A DNA stretch of 64,000 bases, taken from positions 14,142,770 to 14,206,769 of the forward strand of contig CM119271.1 of NCBI GenBank assembly GCA_051294375.1, given 5' to 3'. The notes under the pieces are model-generated. The model saw only the letters and a program-made list of their open reading frames with translations. It made no database searches and was not told the origin of the DNA. Shown here piece by piece: positions 58,610 to 64,000 of this stretch. Source of the stretch: Paraspadella gotoi (lineage: Eukaryota > Animalia > Chaetognatha). The translations under genes and the position numbers were made by a program. The number at the start of each line of letters is the position of its first letter. The stretch's first letter is position 1.

Positions 58610-61399
58610 TCAGGATGAAGTGTTTGACTTGGAAGAAAGGAGCTTCGACCGATCCTGTTTGACCAGTCGCTCGTACTCGTCGCACTTGACGATCAACTCC
58701 GACACCTTTTTCAAAATGGCCGCCGCCAATCGCTTCTCCCTCTTTCGGTTTCTTTCCTCTTCCAAGATGTCCGCCGAATTCAGATGCTCTTTTGTGCCCG
58801 GGTCGAGTTTGGTTCCGCTGACGCCGACGACGCCGCCGTCGACGTCGACGATTCGACGCCATTTTGTTTCGATGTTGCGGAGACTTTCTTCGATGAGGTG
58901 AAGATGGCGCGACACTCTGGAGATCGAAAGGAATATTTTTTTTCATTAATTATTTCTAATTTATCAATCCGATGGCGATGTTATTGTTTTTAATTATTTA
59001 CCAAAAAATATTGAATATTTAAATTTTAATTATTTACATGTCAAAAAGATAACAATCTCAATATTTACTTTTCGATCCCGACTCCCAATCGGTCAAAGTC
59101 TTCGGCCAGTTTTTTAAAATCGTTCTTCGCCTCCTGCGTAAACCTAAAAAAAAATAAACAAACAAACAAAACAACAAGTAGTATTAATATAAAAAATATC
59201 CTGCAAAAACTCACTGCTTGTACAGATAGTAGCCCCCGGCGCCAAGCAAAGTCAAAATGGCGGCGCCACCCACGACGGCCAATCCGATGGCGCCCCCTCG
59301 TCCGCCCAACTTTGCCACCAACTTGGGCGCGGCTTTGACGCCGACAGCGACGGCGCCTCCAGTAACGCCGGAGACGCCCGTTCCGGTTCCCACGGCGGTG
59401 AGGACCGACTGTTAAAATAGACTCATTAATTTACGCCCTCTCACTATTCACATCTTTTCCGTCAAAAACAAATGGATCGTCGAGGCGGTCTCACCTCTGT
59501 CATCCTCTTCTCGTCGAGATCTCGAGCGCGTCGTCGCATCTCCTCTCCGCCGCATTTGGCCGGAGTCTGCAGGGCCTCCACCTCCGCCCGCAAGACGGCG
59601 TGGCTGTTCGTCACCTTGGAAACCCGAGACGCGAAAATTTAAATCTCTCTTTATTTCTTTTGTTAGTTTAATAATAATTCTGTATTTAGGCTCATCACTA
59701 GCCTCTTCGAATTTTTTGTGGAGTCCGCGCGTGTTCTCAACTTGGGTTACGAATTCTTGAAAGTCATCGTCCTCTTCGAACAAGGAATGTCTAGGAAAGA
59801 TGATCTTAGCATTTGAAGGAAATTTATGACTAAATAAGGAAATATTAATTTTGATTCATAGATTTAAATAGTGTATTTAATTTTAACGATATTCTATAAA
59901 ATATTTGATTGTTATGAATGAATAGAGAGTTTAGGGCTATTAGGAGTACTAATAAGGATTCAATTCGATTTGACCTAATTCACATTTATCATTATTCGTG
60001 TAAAACTACTTAACGAAATAGTGAAAAACGAAAATAATACTAATTGATACATCCTCCATCTATTCGTCTCTACATCTAAAAATAGAAACTCACGCGTCTT
60101 GCACGTTTTCTCCATACTCCTTGGTCATCCTGACGAACCGCTTGGCCTCAGACTCGATCTTGGCATAATCTTTGGCCAACTCCATCAGCGTCGCCTTTAT
60201 CCTCTTCCCTTTTTCGTATCCTTCGCTCGCGGGTTCGAAGTAAAGCTCGTTGGCCAGGTGAAGGAAAAGACCCGCCAGGCCAAAGTCCAACCCACACCTG
60301 TTGAGGATTGGAGAATGTGTCATTTGATATATTGGATATAACATCGACGGGCCTGTCGCGACGGAATAAAATAATGGGAACTATTTAACGAGTTGGATAT
60401 TCGACGAAGGTGCATTCTTTGATGGAGATCCTACACAGTGGGCAACATTGTGGTCGACCGTGCCGTACCGTGTGGTTAACTGACATTGTGGTCTACGCGT
60501 TGGAGGGTCTCGTGCTTCCAGAGGACGGCCGGGGACCGCCGGCATCGCCCACAACAATCCCCCTCTAACAGTGGTGCATCGTCCTATCCACCTAACACTA
60601 CAACAACCACGACCGCATCAGCAGCTCACAGGGCGGACTGAAGAGTGGCGATGTTGTTGCTGTAGAAGCATGAGGCGCAAGCGGCGATGGGAGAGTCAGT
60701 CAGGAAGGATTGATCGAAAACCCTGTCGCCCGACCATTCGACCGACGGGCAAGCCGACGCGCCGAACGACGGGCAAGCCGACGTGTCTCCCGATGCACCG
60801 ACAGACGAGCCGATCGCTTGACATCGACGACATTCCTCGCACAGCGAAGGCAAGTGGTTGGCGCCCGTGGCGTCGCGCCAATGATCGTTGGCGCGAGATT
60901 TTATGAGGTCCCCGGTTAGAGTTAAAATGTAGACTTGATCCTTGGGAGAAAGTAATGAGTCAAAGTTGTAAGAGGAAGACTTAAAGAAGGAAAGAGAGAG
61001 GCACACACGGAGAGACAAACCTTCTTAACGATTGTGTTTCTCTGAAGAGGAATCGGTTTTCCGTCCAAGTTTTCGTAGACAATATTTATGAAAGCCTCGT
61101 CCGTTTCTATGGAAAAGTTCCCCAATGGCTTTTTGTAAAGAAGAGAAGTGAATGAAGTTAAAAGTCGGAAAAAAAATCATTAGAGCAAAATACGTGTCGA
61201 CTAATAAAACCTCCAGCCACAAGCTCCGCTCATTCAAGGCGACCGGGCAGACGTTGGCCACTGGCAAACGCGACCAGTACTTCCGGTAGGGAGCGAAGGA
61301 ATCGGCGGCGTCGGTGGCGATTGGATAAAGATGGACGAAGGCGTTGGAGGCGAGGCCGTTGGCGATGAAGAAGGTGGCGTTGTCGTCGTCGGAAGACAT
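58610..61399 (-). CDS. Uncharacterised protein: small beta-rich N-domain, helical bundle and Gly-rich hydrophobic hairpin (ApoL/alpha-pore-former-like architecture)
   Basis: Spliced IPLQRNTIVKK|DQVYILTLTGDLIKSRANDHWRDATGANH, amphipathic exons, then GVSGVTGGAVAVGV..GGAIGLAVVGGAAILTLLGAGGYYLY and a C-terminal coiled coil. The junctions at 60300-60630 are uncertain. Confidence 0.6.
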
Positions 61400-61969
61400 G
61401 GCGGGATTTCGGCGGAGAATGGTTAAAGCTTAAATCCTCATGCTTCAACTTTAAGCTTCGATGTCGGTGGGAGTCGACTCAATGACGATGGTCACGTGTA
61501 AAACTCGTGAGATGTCATGATTTTGGCCACACAGTACGCGTCGTAGTTTGAGATACTTTTAAGTTTTAAGTTTTATGTTTAATGGAGGAATATGAGACGA
61601 CGTCTCTTTCTTAAATAAGAAAATTTAAAGGGAATTTAAAAGATTAAATATCCTTTTCTTTGTAAGATTAAATCTTGAGTCATAAACGCTTGAAATTATC
61701 ACAAAAGATGCAAGATCACAGATTTGCAGTAAAAGTTGAAATTGGATTCGTAAAAAGAGAATCGAAAATAAGAGAAATTTTTAACAACAAAGAACGAAAA
61801 AATACAATTTCGTTGGCCAGAAACCAATTTGGTGTAAAAATTGTGGTTTTTTTTAATGATCGATCAAGATACAACACAGAAGTATCACCCAGAGGTTGAC
61901 GCAATAAAAATTAAATCAAAAATGTCTTTATTTTTATTTTGTTTTTTTTTATTGATCTGTCTCAACAAA

Positions 61970-63620
61970 TCATCCCATTTCGACGTCACAATATCCCGGC
62001 CCCGTCACGGACCGGACGGGCACACCCCGATGCAACAGCCGACACTCCATCTCCTTGAGCCGCCCCATCATTTCGTTGAGGTCGTCGACGTCCGCTAGAG
62101 ACCAGAGGCGTTCGGCGACCACGGCGGCCAGCGGCCAAGTGGACGAGAGGGCGGAGGAGGAACCCGCGTAATTGGTCCACATGCAGGCTGAAGGGAGGAG
62201 GAAAGTTGTCATAATCTAATTTGCATATTGTAGCGATTTTGTAATGTACTATCGAAATTTTGGCATCTGTCCTAACCTTAGCGATTTGCAATCTTCGTGA
62301 TCTATTTGCGTTACTACTACCAAAAAATATATGATTTATGAATTCAACCTTTTTAAAATATTGTAATTCAACGCTTTTTCTGTTTCATTTTTCAAGTTCG
62401 AACGTATATATCCATTCATTTTTAATTCTCTATTTTTTCTCTAACTTAATTTCCTTCTATAGTCCACTCTGTATCAGCCTCGTGCGATTCAAAATAACAC
62501 TTCTCGGTCGGTCAGTCCGTCCGTCTTCTATTCCAACCTTTTTCTATCCCATCTCCTCTCTTCCATTACGATTTATCAGTCTTCCGTTTTCCCTCATTAT
62601 ACCAACGAATGGTAACATCAGTAGCGAAAGAGTCATCAGCTAATCGTTTCCACCACCACCATCCTTTTTAAGTTAATAACGCGGATTTGACCTTACTGTC
62701 CAGCTCCTTATCCAACCAAATATACCCAAAAGCTTTTTGCCCTATGTCCAATTTAGACATGTGCACAAATATCACCAGGTCAGTCACCTTCTCCGCCCAA
62801 AACGAGATCCTTTTGCTCTTTTGTTCCGTTAAAACTCGTGGGATCGCATTTGTAATACTCGCCGATGTAGTCCCAACTAAAGGGGTTCTAAATAAAGACA
62901 ACAATAACAATTAACAATCGAAAATTAACCAACGGGGGAAGAACGATTAGAGAATATATAATTTATTTACATTTAGAAGATTAAGATACCAACAAGAAGA
63001 AAGAACGGCGTTGTATCCGGCTTTGGTCACTCGACTCAAGATGTCGTCATAGTCGTCGCCCCAAACTTGGACGATCTAGAAAAAAGATCTAGATAAAAGA
63101 CTTGATGGATTTATATATATATTGCGACGATTCCAAATAAATAAATAAAGAGAGCGCATTCGGAGAGATTGCCTAATTTAAAAAGGTCAATTAATTTAAT
63201 TCAATTTAATTCATCAGACTATAAACCAATAAAACTTACGTAGGAGATGAACTAATCAATTCATCAATCAATCAGACGATGCGCCATTGAATCGGACAAA
63301 ATAATCAATCAAGCAAGCAAACGAAAAAACAAATCAATCAATCAATTTCTTTCTGACTTATTACTTTTTCTCCTTCCCTCTTTTTCTCTCACCGTGCCCT
63401 TCTTCAACTGGACCCCGTTCAAAAATGGCTCCTCCCAAGTCATGGCCTCGAATCCCCCGTCGGCGGCGACTCGGACGAGCCGTTGGAAGTAGAGGCTCTC
63501 CAGTTCCTTCGGCGTCGAGATGTTGTTGTTCTTCATGAAGTCGAGGATTCGAGGATTGGAATTCCAACAGGCGAAGTCGACCTCGTCGCCGCCGAGGTGG
63601 AGGTGGGAGTCGGCGAATAA
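61970..63620 (-). CDS. HEXB: Beta-hexosaminidase (GH20, HEXA/HEXB family), 3' part; the 5' end lies beyond the window
   Basis: HLGGDEVDFACWNSNP, SSCWYL, YYKCDPTSFNGTKEQKDLVLGGE|ACMW, WPLAAVVAERLWS and CRLLHRGV..GYC. Confidence 0.9.
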
Positions 63621-63878
63621 CTAATCATATGAAGTAAATAATTCAATCAATAATTAAGGAGGATGACCTTCTCAAAGCCTTCGCCCCCCAAAGAACCACG
63701 TTAATAGCGGTCGATCGGGCGCGGTGTTAATAGTAGTACGTATTACCCCACAACCCGTGCGAGAATCAGCAGCACCTTTGGCGCCGGAAGTAACCCAAAA
63801 TACTCGGGATCGCGCCCTGCTGATTCACACAAGTAAGCGCGATGGGGCGTTTAACCCACCTGTAGTACAGCCCGATCC

Positions 63879-63944
63879 GAAGTTCAGTACCTACTGTGCA
63901 ACGGAGAATGAACTCCTCGCGGCATCGTCTTCCTCATTGGCTTC
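63879..63944 (-). ncRNA. Possible intronic C/D-box snoRNA
   Basis: GAAG-CCA-AUGAGGA...CUGA-A-CUUC, 66 nt, sense to the host gene. Box C is non-consensus. Confidence 0.25.
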
Positions 63945-64000
63945 TTTAATAAGTTTAATGCTCTTTTATTTTCTTTAAAACATCTGGCGTCATAAATAGA

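Noticed and set aside
60430-60625. GC-balanced intronic segment with ACATTGTGGTC twice and a small GC hairpin
   Set aside because: Single occurrence in the window, with no termini or RNA motif to support a call.
62600-63225. Other CTGATGA matches (~62634 and ~63211 on the minus strand; also ~20205 on the plus strand)
   Set aside because: They lack a stem II followed by GAAA and NUH, so they are not hammerheads.

Overview
Gene-dense DNA from an invertebrate animal, with GC/CpG-rich exons, short AT-rich introns and no prokaryotic features. I spliced about 18 gene models by hand. Recognisable ones are an ankyrin/SOCS-box (ASB) gene, GET1/WRB, HSPBAP1, a dynamin/EHD-like GTPase, PUS3, GDPD1/3, AIDA, NOS1AP/CAPON, a second divergent PTB gene, dystroglycan and the 3' part of a GH20 beta-hexosaminidase; several others are orphans. 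Main observations: (1) every gene lies on the minus strand, often only 80-500 bp apart, except one acidic ORF nested antisense in a WRB intron, so polycistronic or trans-spliced organisation is possible. (2) A tandem pair of intact, intron-containing genes resembles the non-catalytic N-terminal region of Polinton/Maverick protein-primed DNA polymerase B. (3) A small secreted protein carries a gamma-carboxylase-type propeptide. (4) One gene has an ApoL/pore-former-like architecture. (5) An inverted pair of Penelope-type minimal hammerhead motifs is present. (6) Several small repeat families occur. All assignments come from reading motifs by eye; no searches were run and exon boundaries are manual.
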